From IMG/VR virus record IMGVR_UViG_2687453297_000004: DNA of 38,250 nucleotides. The stretch is one strand, 5' to 3'. Position numbers and translations under genes: made by a program. The stretch comes from a virus (lineage: Duplodnaviria > Heunggongvirae > Uroviricota > Caudoviricetes). The notes below the pieces were generated by a model. That model had not been told where the DNA came from. It was given only the letters and a program-made list of their open reading frames with translations, and made no database searches. Shown here piece by piece: positions 16,904 through 26,283 of the stretch (its first letter is position 1; every line of letters begins with the position of its first letter).

Positions 16904-18399
16904 TGGCTAAAGGTATCTGGGTTTCACCCGATGAATTTGTTGCTTTTTCTGAGCCTCAGAAATCACTGACCGCGCAGATTGCCTCCCGCAGCCGCGCGAT
17001 CGACTTTTACGGACTGGGCATGTATCTGCCCAATCCTGATCCCATTCTCAAGGCTCAGGGACGGGATATCCGTATCTACCGCGAACTGCGCACCGACCCG
17101 CTGGTCGGGGGCTGTATCCGCAGACGTAAAGCAGCGCTCAAATCACTGGAGCGTGGACTGGAGCGCGGTCACGCTTCTGCCCGGGTCTTCCGTTTCATCC
17201 GCGACATGCTCGACGATCTGGATCTGTCCCGCATCATCGGTGAGATGAGTGATGCCGTGCTCTACGGGTATCAGCCCTGTGAAATCATGTGGAGCCGTTC
17301 GGTCAGGGCGTGGGCAGTGACGGATATTGTCGGCAAACCGCCTGAGTGGTTTCAGTTTGATACGGACAACTGCCTGCGCTTCCGGGCGCGTGATGCGGGT
17401 GTGGAGGGTGAGCTGCTGTCACCGTCAAAATTCGTGGTGCCGGCACAGGATGCCTCGTATGACAATCCTTACGGTTTCCCGGACCTGTCCATGTGCTTCT
17501 GGCCGGTCGCCTTCAAGAAAGGCGGGATGAAATTCTGGCTCCGCTTTGCCGAAAAGTTTGGCTCCCCGTGGGTGATCGGTAAGCACCCGAGGGGTGCAAA
17601 TGATGCAGAGATTGAAAAACTGCTGGACTCCATGGAGCAGATGGTGGAGGACGCGGTGGCCGCCATCCCCGATGACAGCAGCATCGAACTCAAAGCCGCG
17701 GATGGTAAGGCGGACAGCAGCGAGGTATTCCGCGAGCTGATCACACTGTCACGCAGTGAGATCTCCATTGCATTACTTGGTCAGAATCAGACCACGGAAG
17801 CGAACAGTAACAAGGCCTCTGCACAGGCCGGGCTGGAGGTAACGGCTGATATCCGCGATGCGGATGCGGACATCATTCAGGCAGCAGTGAATCAGGTTAT
17901 CAGAACGGTGGTTACCCTGAACTTCGGCGATGTGCCGTGTCCGGTCTGGGCCATGTGGGAACAGGAGACCATTGATGACACCCGCGCCACCCGCGACGAA
18001 AAACTCACCCGGGCGGGTCTGCGTCTGACCCCGCAATACTTTAAGCGTGAGTACCAGCTGCAGGACGGCGATATTGACGAGACACCACCGTCGGAACGCC
18101 AGAATAACATGCTGCCGCTGTCATTTGCCGAGGCGATTGATGCCGATATTCAGGCTCAGCAGCAGCTTGACGACGCGCTGGACATTCTGATGAACGGAGG
18201 TGTGTTAAATGGCACGCTGGAACCCGTCCTGGCACCTCTGTTTAAGCGGGTCGAAAACGGGGTTAACCCGTCTGAGCTGCTGGGCGAACTGGCGGAGCTC
18301 TACCCTCAGATGAACACGGACGATCTGCAGGAACGGCTGGCCCGCATTCTCTTTGTGGCAAATATCTGGGGGCGTCTGCATGAGCGTGACAACGGCTGA
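16903..18399 (+). CDS. Portal protein (Mu gp29-like)
   Basis: 498 aa; between terminase and head-morphogenesis genes; start overlaps the terminase stop. Confidence 0.75.
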   Translation: MAKGIWVSPDEFVAFSEPQKSLTAQIASRSRAIDFYGLGMYLPNPDPILKAQGRDIRIYRELRTDPLVGGCIRRRKAALKSLERGLERGHASARVFRFIRDMLDDLDLSRIIGEMSDAVLYGYQPCEIMWSRSVRAWAVTDIVGKPPEWFQFDTDNCLRFRARDAGVEGELLSPSKFVVPAQDASYDNPYGFPDLSMCFWPVAFKKGGMKFWLRFAEKFGSPWVIGKHPRGANDAEIEKLLDSMEQMVEDAVAAIPDDSSIELKAADGKADSSEVFRELITLSRSEISIALLGQNQTTEANSNKASAQAGLEVTADIRDADADIIQAAVNQVIRTVVTLNFGDVPCPVWAMWEQETIDDTRATRDEKLTRAGLRLTPQYFKREYQLQDGDIDETPPSERQNNMLPLSFAEAIDADIQAQQQLDDALDILMNGGVLNGTLEPVLAPLFKRVENGVNPSELLGELAELYPQMNTDDLQERLARILFVANIWGRLHERDNG

Positions 18400-19201
18400 A
18401 CTGGCGTACTGCATGACGCTTCCCCCGAAGCGGGCAGTCAGTTACCTGAAGTCCAAAGGGTATCAGATTACCTGGGACTGGGAAGAAATGTGGCAGGAAG
18501 CCCATGCCCGCGCCTTTACCGTCGCTAAAGTGACCCGCCTGGATATTCTGGAAGATATTCGCGGGGCACTGCAGCAGGCTGTCGATGAAGGAAAAACCGA
18601 TCGCTGGTTCCGGCAGGAGCTGGAGCCGGTGCTGAAGCGTAAGGGATGGTGGGGACCACGTGACACGACTGACCCGGTAACGGGTGAGCCGGTCACCATT
18701 CAGCAGGGCAGCCCGTGGCGGCTCGACACCATCTTTCGCACCAATATGTCCGTACTCTACAGCGCCGGTCGTTGGGCGGAGCAGATGGAAAACGTCGACG
18801 ACAGGCCGTACTGGATGTATACCGGCATCAACGACAGCCATACCCGCAGGAGCCATCTGGCGCTGCATGGTCTGGTGCTGCGCTGGGATGACCCGTTCTG
18901 GCAGGCATTTTACCCGCCGAACGGCTGGCGCTGCCGCTGTAGTGTGATTGCCCTGAGTGCGGCGGATGTCCGTGCCCGTGGCCTGAAGGTTATCAGCTCC
19001 GGCTCTGCCATGGGCCAGGAACTGAAACTGGTCTCAGAGAAAACCGGCGAAATGCGGAACGTGGCCACCTTTAATACCGGCACCACGAAGGTGACCACCG
19101 ACGTCGGCTGGTCTTATGCACCGGGGGCAGCATACCGTCCCGACCTGGCCCGCTATCAGGGTACGCTTCAGCCACTGGCACAACAGGAACTGAGAGGATA
19201 A
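18380..19201 (+). CDS. Head morphogenesis protein (Mu F / SPP1 gp7 family)
   Basis: About 273 aa from the internal ATG 18380; contains the family-typical segment NDSHTRRSHLALHG. Confidence 0.75.
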   Translation: MSVTTAELAYCMTLPPKRAVSYLKSKGYQITWDWEEMWQEAHARAFTVAKVTRLDILEDIRGALQQAVDEGKTDRWFRQELEPVLKRKGWWGPRDTTDPVTGEPVTIQQGSPWRLDTIFRTNMSVLYSAGRWAEQMENVDDRPYWMYTGINDSHTRRSHLALHGLVLRWDDPFWQAFYPPNGWRCRCSVIALSAADVRARGLKVISSGSAMGQELKLVSEKTGEMRNVATFNTGTTKVTTDVGWSYAPGAAYRPDLARYQGTLQPLAQQELRG

Positions 19202-19203
19202 CA

Positions 19204-19662
19204 ATGGCTTCCGATAACCTGGTCAGTATCACCATTAACGATAAGTCCCTGCGCCGGAGCCTCCGTGCGCTGGATCTTGCTGCCACAGACCTGGAGCCCG
19301 CGATGCGCAAAATCGCCGGAACCCTGCTGGCGGAAACACAGTTTAACTTTCTTGATGAGGGGCGTCCGGGGTGGATGCCCTCGCTGGCAGCGGAAGAACG
19401 TGACGGGCAGACACTGCAGGATACCGGGCGTCTGATGGGGTCAGTATCAACCGACCATGACGACCGGCAGGCTGTTGTGGGGACCAACGTTGTTTACGGT
19501 GCCATTCACCAGTTCGGGGGTAAAACGGGGCGTAATGAGTCTGTTGAACTTCCGGCCCGCCCGTTCCTGCCGGTGACGGGGGATGGAGAACTACAGCCTG
19601 AAGTGGTAATCCCCATCCTCGATACCATTGTCCGCCATCTTGAATCAGCGGCCCGTCGCTGA
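19204..19662 (+). CDS. Virion morphogenesis protein (Mu G-like)
   Basis: 152 aa; position after the F-like gene; remembered similarity to Mu gpG. Confidence 0.6.
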   Translation: MASDNLVSITINDKSLRRSLRALDLAATDLEPAMRKIAGTLLAETQFNFLDEGRPGWMPSLAAEERDGQTLQDTGRLMGSVSTDHDDRQAVVGTNVVYGAIHQFGGKTGRNESVELPARPFLPVTGDGELQPEVVIPILDTIVRHLESAARR

Positions 19663-19704
19663 GTTTTCTCTCTTCAGGCGGGTGATTTATCATTGCCAGC
19701 GAAT

Positions 19705-19750
19705 GAGGGGCTGTATTACCTTTATAAAGGCTTTACAGCCTCTGTTTTAT
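19705..19750 (+). terminator. Candidate intrinsic terminator / regulatory hairpin
   Basis: Stem GAGGGGCTGTA ... TACAGCCTC around a loop containing the perfect palindrome CCTTTATAAAGG, followed by TGTTTTAT, in the 214-bp gap between the G-like and I-like genes. Confidence 0.4.
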
Positions 19751-19876
19751 AACCACCTCCGGTTCACCGCATTGCTTTCCCTGTCCTTCTCCCCTGATGT
19801 TTTCTAAAGCAGATTAAAATCGCCGGGCCTGCATTTCTCACAAACTGTCTCCGACAACATAACGCGGGACAGCAAA

Positions 19877-20992
19877 ATGTCAGCCATTCACATTTTTAAA
19901 GCCGGTACTCATACCGATATGCACGGCAAAAAACTGCCGTTCACGCCAGACGATCTTGCCGCCTGCGTGAAAGCCTATGACCCGTCCGTCCATGAAGCAC
20001 CACTCGTGATTGGTCATCCCAGAACGGAAGACCCGGCGTGGGGCTGGGTGAAAGCCCTGTCGCTCAGCGGCGTCGATCTGATGGCAGAGCCTGCCCAGCT
20101 GGACCCGCAGTTTGCTGAGATGGTCACCGACGGACGATTCAAAAAAGTGTCCGCCTCTTTCTACCTCCCGGATTCACCGTCCAATCCGAAGCCCGGCGTG
20201 CTCTACCTTCGCCATGTGGGCTTTCTCGGGGCACAGCCACCTTCCGTCAAGGGGCTGAAACAGGTGTCCTTCAGTGAGCAGGAAGAAGGTGTGGTGGAGT
20301 TCGCCGACTGGCAGGCCATCACGAATGCCTCCCTGTGGGGAAAGCTGCGCGATTTTCTGATCGCCCGCTTCAGTCTGGACGAGGCAGAAAAAGTCCTGCC
20401 GGAATGGCAGCTCAACAGTCTGCGCGAAGAGGCGTACCGCGACACACTGTCGCAGGATGCAGCAGGTGCACAATTCAGTGAGACAGGCCCGGGGCCGTCT
20501 TCCGCAAGTAACGAGGAATCATCGATGACAAAAGAAGAGATTGAAGCCCTTCAGGAGGAGAACCGCCGCCTGAAGCAGCAGGCTGCTGATCGCGATGCGC
20601 GTGATGCACAGGTCAGACAGGAGCAACTGCATAAGGACAATGTGGCCTTTGCAGAAAAACTGGTCGCAGAGGGCCGTCTGGCTCCCCGCGCCTCCTCCGT
20701 GGTGGTTGCCCTGCTGGATGCCGTCGCCGGTGGCGACAAGCCGGTGGAGTTTGCTGAGGGGGAAAGCCGCACACCGCTGGCCACCGCCTTTCGTTCATTG
20801 CTCTCCGACGGGGAGCCGGTGATGAATTTCGCCGAACAGGCCACAAAAGAGCGTGTCGGCGACACGGTGAAGGTGGATGTGGCAGAGTTTGCGGAAGCCG
20901 ATCCTGAGCGTCTGGCCCTGCATCAGAAAGCAGTGGCCCTGTCCAAAAAAGAAGGCATCAGCTATGAGGCTGCTGTCGCACGCTGCCTGTAA
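19877..20992 (+). CDS. Head maturation protease / scaffold (Mu I-like)
   Basis: 371 aa; position immediately upstream of the major head gene; acidic and coiled-coil C-terminal half consistent with a scaffold. Confidence 0.65.
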   Translation: MSAIHIFKAGTHTDMHGKKLPFTPDDLAACVKAYDPSVHEAPLVIGHPRTEDPAWGWVKALSLSGVDLMAEPAQLDPQFAEMVTDGRFKKVSASFYLPDSPSNPKPGVLYLRHVGFLGAQPPSVKGLKQVSFSEQEEGVVEFADWQAITNASLWGKLRDFLIARFSLDEAEKVLPEWQLNSLREEAYRDTLSQDAAGAQFSETGPGPSSASNEESSMTKEEIEALQEENRRLKQQAADRDARDAQVRQEQLHKDNVAFAEKLVAEGRLAPRASSVVVALLDAVAGGDKPVEFAEGESRTPLATAFRSLLSDGEPVMNFAEQATKERVGDTVKVDVAEFAEADPERLALHQKAVALSKKEGISYEAAVARCL

Positions 20993-21006
20993 TTTAAGGA
21001 GAGAGC

Positions 21007-21960
21007 ATGTCTGATTACTTAAAAGGTAAACGTGTCGTTGATCCGGTACTGACCAGTATCGCCCGTGGCTATAAAAATGCCGCATTCATCGGCGAACGTA
21101 TTTTCCCCGTCGTGCTGACGGACAAGGAAGGCGTGCGTGTACCGACCTTCGGGAAAACCGCCTTTGTGGAATATGACACCGAGCGTGCCGTCGGGGCGGA
21201 CAGCAATGTTCTGGTCCGTGAAAAAACAGGCACGCTGGACCTGGTGCTGGGTGAACACGATCTGGCTGCGCCGGTGGACTATCGCGAGCAGGCGGAGTCC
21301 ATGTTTAACGAAGAGAGCAAGGCCATCCGTCGCGCCACGAATGGCGTGAACCTGCGCCGTGAACTTATCGCTGCCCGTCTGGCTCAGGATGAAAAGGTCT
21401 ACCGTACCGGGCACGTCAAAAAACTGACAGCCAGTGATCGCTGGGCCGGTGGTAAGGGGGACCCCATCGGGGTGATTGAAGCCGGTATGGAAGCGGTCCG
21501 TACGGCCACGGGGCTGCGTCCTAACCTGATGACCATGGGGGCCGGCGTGATGGCGCTGCTGAAGTTCCACCCGGCGATTCAGGCCGCCATCGGAGCCAAC
21601 GAACGCAAGCGCATCACCACAGAAATCCTGCAGGACCTCTTTCAGATCGAAGAGATCGTCATCGGTGCCCCGGTCTCCCTGCCGTCCATGAAAGCGGCAA
21701 TGGATAAGAACAGCGTGCCGGCGGATATCTGGGGAGACAATCTGATGCTGCACTATGTCGGCAAACCGCAGCCGGGGGCGGACAGCGCGGACGAGAACGA
21801 GCCGTCCTTCGGCTACACCCTGCGTCGTAAGGGGATGCCTGTTGCCGACAAATACGACGGAGCCGGTGGCAAGGTGAAGTACTGCCGTTATACCGATATC
21901 TACAAAGTCGCCGTGGTTGGTGGCGATGCCGGGTATCTCATTACCGGTATCAGTAAATAA
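21007..21960 (+). CDS. Major head subunit (Mu T-like)
   Basis: 317 aa; follows the protease/scaffold gene; SD GGAGAG upstream. Confidence 0.75.
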   Translation: MSDYLKGKRVVDPVLTSIARGYKNAAFIGERIFPVVLTDKEGVRVPTFGKTAFVEYDTERAVGADSNVLVREKTGTLDLVLGEHDLAAPVDYREQAESMFNEESKAIRRATNGVNLRRELIAARLAQDEKVYRTGHVKKLTASDRWAGGKGDPIGVIEAGMEAVRTATGLRPNLMTMGAGVMALLKFHPAIQAAIGANERKRITTEILQDLFQIEEIVIGAPVSLPSMKAAMDKNSVPADIWGDNLMLHYVGKPQPGADSADENEPSFGYTLRRKGMPVADKYDGAGGKVKYCRYTDIYKVAVVGGDAGYLITGISK

Positions 21961-21969
21961 GGAGGCGTT

Positions 21970-22308
21970 ATGGGAACCACTCAGCAGGTCATTCTGATCA
22001 CAACCGTAACGGCAGGGGCAGCACTGGCACAGCAGCGTTTTGTCGGGGCAGATAATACCCCCTGTAAAGCCGGTGCCGCAGCGCTCGGGGTTGCCGAAGT
22101 GGATGCTGTTACCGGCGACAGCACGCCGGTGAGCGTTCTGGGCATTATTGCTGTCGAGGCCGGGGCCGCTGTCAGCCGTGGTGTGGCTGTTCAGTCAGAT
22201 GCTCAGGCCAGAGCCGTGCCGCAGTCCGGCGACGGTAAATCCTGTGGTATTGCACTTGATGAAGCCGGGGGTGAAGGCGACGTCATTCGTATCCTGCGCG
22301 GGGTGTGA
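21970..22308 (+). CDS. Hypothetical head-associated protein
   Basis: 112-aa Ala/Gly/Val-rich ORF directly after the major head gene with SD GGAGG. Confidence 0.45.
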   Translation: MGTTQQVILITTVTAGAALAQQRFVGADNTPCKAGAAALGVAEVDAVTGDSTPVSVLGIIAVEAGAAVSRGVAVQSDAQARAVPQSGDGKSCGIALDEAGGEGDVIRILRGV

Positions 22309-22309
22309 C

Positions 22310-22756
22310 ATGTACTGCACCCTGGAGGATTTGCTTGCGCAGGTGCCGGAGCGGACGCTTATCGAGCTCACCAGTGAAGAGATGGACTTCGACTCACCTG
22401 CAACAGTGAATACCCGTGTGGTGGACAGCTGTATCCGCTATGCCGACGAGCTGATTGATGCCCATCTGCGCGGACGCTATATCCTGCCACTGGCAGAGAT
22501 ACCGACTGTTCTGCGGGACATTGCCATCACGCTGGTCCGTTACCGGCTCTACGCCCGCCGCCCGGAAGGTGACCTCCCGGATACGGTGAAGGATGACCAC
22601 AAAGAAGCGCTGCGGCAACTCAGGGAGTTACGTGATAACAGGCTCACGCTGGGGCTGCCGTCCACTCAGAAAGATGTGCCTGAGCCTGGCGAGTTTCGTG
22701 TACGCAGTCGCCCGGCTACTTTCGGCGGTCGTGACGGTTTACTGGAGAAATACTGA
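22310..22756 (+). CDS. Head-tail connector/completion protein (Mu gp36-like)
   Basis: About 148 aa from ATG 22310, directly after the upstream stop; conserved position in Mu-like head modules. Confidence 0.5.
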   Translation: MYCTLEDLLAQVPERTLIELTSEEMDFDSPATVNTRVVDSCIRYADELIDAHLRGRYILPLAEIPTVLRDIAITLVRYRLYARRPEGDLPDTVKDDHKEALRQLRELRDNRLTLGLPSTQKDVPEPGEFRVRSRPATFGGRDGLLEKY

Positions 22757-23220
22757 TGAACGTTCTGCCCGTCCTTGATGCGGTACTGGCCCGGTTACGC
22801 GAGAAGCTGCCGCAACTGCAGGTGGAGTACTTCCCGGAGAAACCGGCTGAATATCGCCTGAACCATCCGGTTGGCGCGTTGCTGCTGAGCTATGCCGGTT
22901 CGCGCTTTGACAGGCCGGATGATACCGGTGCGGTGATCCAGTCTCAGACTATCCAGCTCTGCGTCACGGTGGTCTTCCGCCAGCTCAACGGTAAAAAAGG
23001 GGCGATTAATGTCCTGGATGCTGTCCGCCGCATTCTCGGTGGCCACACCCCGCCCGGCTGCCGCCGCCGTATCTGGCTGACCCGCGAGGTGTTTATCGGT
23101 GAAGTCAGGGGGCTGTGGCAGTACGCCCTCGACTTCGCGACTGAAAGCGTCTTTATCGAAGACAGCGATTTACCGTCCGGCCCGCTGTTAACCGAAGTGA
23201 ACTATGAGGAAAGCGAGTGA
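22756..23220 (+). CDS. Head-tail joining protein (Mu gp37-like)
   Basis: 154 aa; ATGA overlap with the upstream gene. Confidence 0.5.
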   Translation: MNVLPVLDAVLARLREKLPQLQVEYFPEKPAEYRLNHPVGALLLSYAGSRFDRPDDTGAVIQSQTIQLCVTVVFRQLNGKKGAINVLDAVRRILGGHTPPGCRRRIWLTREVFIGEVRGLWQYALDFATESVFIEDSDLPSGPLLTEVNYEESE

Positions 23221-23471
23221 TGAAAGAATACCGCTATTCCGGCCCGGCCAGCGGCGTCACGCTGTCGGACGGAACCGAAATCCTGCTCTGGCCGGGGAAG
23301 ACGGTTTCCCTGCCGGAGGAGCATGACTACGTGAAGGTACTGGTGGCGCTGAAACATCTGACGCCGGTACCTGAAGAGACTAAACCCGCCGGCACACCGG
23401 CTGTGCAGTCACCAAAGCGCAGAAGCAGCAGTGACAGCGAAGTGAAAACGGAGGACACCCATGGCAGCTAA
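23217..23471 (+). CDS. Small protein upstream of the sheath gene (Mu gp38-like)
   Basis: 84 aa; overlapping start and stop with both neighbours. Confidence 0.45.
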   Translation: MMKEYRYSGPASGVTLSDGTEILLWPGKTVSLPEEHDYVKVLVALKHLTPVPEETKPAGTPAVQSPKRRSSSDSEVKTEDTHGS

Positions 23472-24888
23472 CTATCTGCATGGTCCCGAAACCATTGAGG
23501 TGGAAAACGGTGCCCGCCCGGTTAAAACGGTGAAATCTGCCGTTATTGGCCTGATTGGTACCGCCCCGATGGGGGATGTCAATACGCTGGTACAGTGCCT
23601 GTCTGAGAAAGACGCAGCGGCATTTGGCAGCCAGTTCACCGGCTTTACCATTCCGCAGGCGCTGGATGCGATTTATGACCATGGTGCAGGTACCGTTCTG
23701 GTCATTAACGTCCTCGACCCGGCGAAACATAAAACGGCGATCGAGGATGAGGTGGTTACCTTTGACAAATCGACAGGGCAGGCCAGACTGGCGCATCCGG
23801 TTGTCGCTAATGTGGTGGTGAAAAACAGTGAAGGCAGCACCACCCACACGGCGAACACGGACTACCGTGTTGATGCGCAGGCGGGTGTGCTCACGAACCT
23901 GGGCAAGGCTATTGAGGCCGGTGGCAGCGTGAAGGTGAGCTATGAGTACGCGGACCCGTCGAAGGTGACTGCGGCGGACATCATCGGCGGGGTGAACAGC
24001 GCCGGAAACCGAACCGGCATGAAGCTGCTTAACGACAGCTTCAACCTGTACGGCTATTTCGCCAAAATTCTGATTGCGCCGGTGTTCTGCACCCAGAAGA
24101 GTGTCGCAGTTGAGCTTATCGCCATGGCAGAGAAGCTGGGCGCGGTAACCTACATTGATGCGCCTGTCGGTACCACCTTTGCACAGGCTCTGGCAGGTCG
24201 TGGCCCGGAAGGCACCATCAACTTCAATACCAGCTCCGACCGCGTCCGTCTGTGCTATCCGCATGTGAAGGTATATGACCCGGTGACAAACACAGAGCGT
24301 CTGGAGCCGCTCAGCCAGCGTGCAGCAGGTCTGCGTGCCAGAGTCGATCTGGACAAGGGCTACTGGTGGTCATCCTCCAATCAGGAGATTCTGGGGATCA
24401 CCGGCGTGGAGCGCCAGCTGTCCGCGATGATTGATGACCCGCAGAGTGAGGTGAACCTGCTTAACGAACAGGGGATCACCACGGTATTCAGCAGTTACGG
24501 CAGCGGCCTTCGTCTGTGGGGTAACCGGACGGCAGCATGGCCAACGGTCACCCATATGCGTAACTTTGAGAACGTTCGCCGCACCGGTGATGTGATCAAC
24601 GAGTCCATTCGTTATTTCAGCCAGCAGTACATCGACATGCCGATTACTCAGGCGCTGATTGATGCACTGACGGAGTCGGTCAACGCCTACGGTCGCAAAA
24701 TGACTGGTGATGGTGCGGTACTGGGCTTCCGTTGCTGGTTTGATCCGGCCCGCAATCCGGAGACGGAGCTGGCCGCCGGGCACCTGTTGCTGAGCTACAA
24801 ATATACGCCACCACCGCCGCTGGAGCGACTGACGTTTGAGACTGAGATCACCTCGGAATACCTGTTAACCCTGAAAGGGGGCAACTGA
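23461..24888 (+). CDS. Contractile tail sheath protein
   Basis: 475 aa; immediately followed by the tube gene. Confidence 0.85.
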   Translation: MAANYLHGPETIEVENGARPVKTVKSAVIGLIGTAPMGDVNTLVQCLSEKDAAAFGSQFTGFTIPQALDAIYDHGAGTVLVINVLDPAKHKTAIEDEVVTFDKSTGQARLAHPVVANVVVKNSEGSTTHTANTDYRVDAQAGVLTNLGKAIEAGGSVKVSYEYADPSKVTAADIIGGVNSAGNRTGMKLLNDSFNLYGYFAKILIAPVFCTQKSVAVELIAMAEKLGAVTYIDAPVGTTFAQALAGRGPEGTINFNTSSDRVRLCYPHVKVYDPVTNTERLEPLSQRAAGLRARVDLDKGYWWSSSNQEILGITGVERQLSAMIDDPQSEVNLLNEQGITTVFSSYGSGLRLWGNRTAAWPTVTHMRNFENVRRTGDVINESIRYFSQQYIDMPITQALIDALTESVNAYGRKMTGDGAVLGFRCWFDPARNPETELAAGHLLLSYKYTPPPPLERLTFETEITSEYLLTLKGGN

Positions 24889-25409
24889 TGTCAAAGATTG
24901 AGATAAACCGCATCACGAATGCCAACATCTATCTGGATGGTACTAACCTGCTGGGACGGGCTGAGGAAGTTAAACTCCCCGATGTCTCCATGATTATGCA
25001 GGAACACAAGGCGCTGGGGATGGTGGGTAAGGTGGAACTCCCGGCTGGTTTTGACAAACTGGAAGGCGAAATCAAATGGAACAGCTTTTACCGCGATGCG
25101 ATGCTGTCTGCCGCGAACCCGTACAGGTCGCTGGCACTGCAGTGTCGTTCCAGCGTCCAGCGCTACAGCTCGCAGGGGCTGATTGACGAAATCCCGCTGG
25201 TCACCTTCCTGACGATTATGTTCAAGAAGAACCCGCTGGGGACGTTCAAACAGCACGAGAACGCCGAGTTCTCCAGTAGCTTCACCTGCACGTATATCAG
25301 ACAGGTACTGGATGGTGAAGAGCTGCTGCAACTGGACTATCTGGCCAACATCTTCCGGGTCGGCGGTGTTGATCAACTGACTGACTACCGTATCAATATC
25401 GGGGGCTGA
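24888..25409 (+). CDS. Tail tube protein
   Basis: 173 aa; ATGA overlap with the sheath gene. Confidence 0.8.
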   Translation: MSKIEINRITNANIYLDGTNLLGRAEEVKLPDVSMIMQEHKALGMVGKVELPAGFDKLEGEIKWNSFYRDAMLSAANPYRSLALQCRSSVQRYSSQGLIDEIPLVTFLTIMFKKNPLGTFKQHENAEFSSSFTCTYIRQVLDGEELLQLDYLANIFRVGGVDQLTDYRINIGG

Positions 25410-25411
25410 CG

Positions 25412-25693
25412 GTGAGTGTTGAACTGACGGATAAAGGAGGACGATGTGCGGCACTGGGCATGTCAAATGGTACGTGGTTTACCCTCCTTGATATTCCGGG
25501 GGTGGAAACCCTTTTTAATACCCGTAAAACCAATGACCCGATTGACTGCACACGTTCAAAGGCCCGCAAACTGGCGGATTTGATTGAAGCATGGGAGCCT
25601 CCCGACCACTGGTTCTCCGGCACCGGCAAATCTGAGGGAAAGACGCTTCTCATCGCTTTCCTGCGTAACTGCAAGGGGTTTCGCACTTGCTGA
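25412..25693 (+). CDS. Hypothetical protein downstream of the tube gene
   Basis: 93-aa ORF from GTG 25412; weak start signals. Confidence 0.3.
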   Translation: MSVELTDKGGRCAALGMSNGTWFTLLDIPGVETLFNTRKTNDPIDCTRSKARKLADLIEAWEPPDHWFSGTGKSEGKTLLIAFLRNCKGFRTC

Positions 25694-25699
25694 CATCAC

Positions 25700-25722
25700 A
25701 GGGGCTCCGGCCCCTTCTTCTT
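25700..25722 (+). terminator. Candidate intrinsic terminator/attenuator after the sheath-tube genes
   Basis: AGGGGC-TCCG-GCCCCT hairpin followed by TCTTCTT. Confidence 0.35.
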
Positions 25723-25790
25723 AATCTCCTTTAATATCCGTCACGCGCTTCTCCCGACATACTGCCCTGAACTTACACAGGAGCACAATC

Positions 25791-26126
25791 ATGTCACAGA
25801 CCCCATCCGATACTTTTAAATTGTCTTATCCCTTCACCACTGCTGCAGGCACCAGAATTGAGCTGGTTGAACTGAAACGCCTGACGGTAAAAGACCTGAA
25901 GCAGGTGCGCAAAATCAGCAAAAACCCGGCAGACTGGGACGAACCGCTGATTGCCCGCAGTACTGGTCTTCTCCCGGAAGATCTCGACAATATGGATCTG
26001 GCTGATTACCTGCAGTTACAGAAACGATTTCAGCTCATCACGGGGATGGGTGAGAGCAACCAGGGCGCTGACGCAGGCGCAGGGGCTGCTGGCGAGATGG
26101 TTCCGGTTTCAGCCGGGGGAGATTGA
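25791..26126 (+). CDS. Tail assembly chaperone (short form)
   Basis: 111 aa; SD AGGAG upstream; located between tube and tape measure genes, with an overlapping ORF in another frame. Confidence 0.6.
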   Translation: MSQTPSDTFKLSYPFTTAAGTRIELVELKRLTVKDLKQVRKISKNPADWDEPLIARSTGLLPEDLDNMDLADYLQLQKRFQLITGMGESNQGADAGAGAAGEMVPVSAGGD

Positions 26127-26208
26127 TGCCCTCGATACTGACGATCTGGAGATGTGGCTGGAGCAGGCTGAAGAGCAAATCAAAAGCGAGTACGGCGACA
26201 AATCATAG
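25791..26208 (+). CDS. Tail assembly chaperone, frameshift-extended long form (predicted shift at the G5 run about 26115..26119)
   Basis: A second ORF (25951..26208) overlaps the 3' end of the chaperone ORF and lies in the +1 (equivalently -2) frame relative to it; GGGGG run sits 2 codons before the stop. Confidence 0.4.
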
Positions 26209-26283
26209 TACAGACAGCCGCCAGTAGCGGCTGTTCTGCGTTATCCCCTCACGTCTTTTCACCTTCCCCGGAGGTTAACCACT

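Noticed and set aside
22148-22309. N-terminal extension of the gp36-like ORF
   Set aside because: The extension overlaps the preceding gene in another frame; the ATG at 22310 directly follows the upstream stop, which fits operon coupling better.
23380-24264. 294-aa minus-strand ORF
   Set aside because: Antisense to the tail sheath gene; no start signals; composition typical of a shadow frame.
26216-26240. Hairpin ACAGCCGC-CAGTA-GCGGCTGT between the chaperone and tape measure genes as a terminator
   Set aside because: Lacks a following U-tract and sits inside a tightly coupled tail operon; possibly an mRNA structure related to frameshift or translation control, but the evidence is too weak to call.
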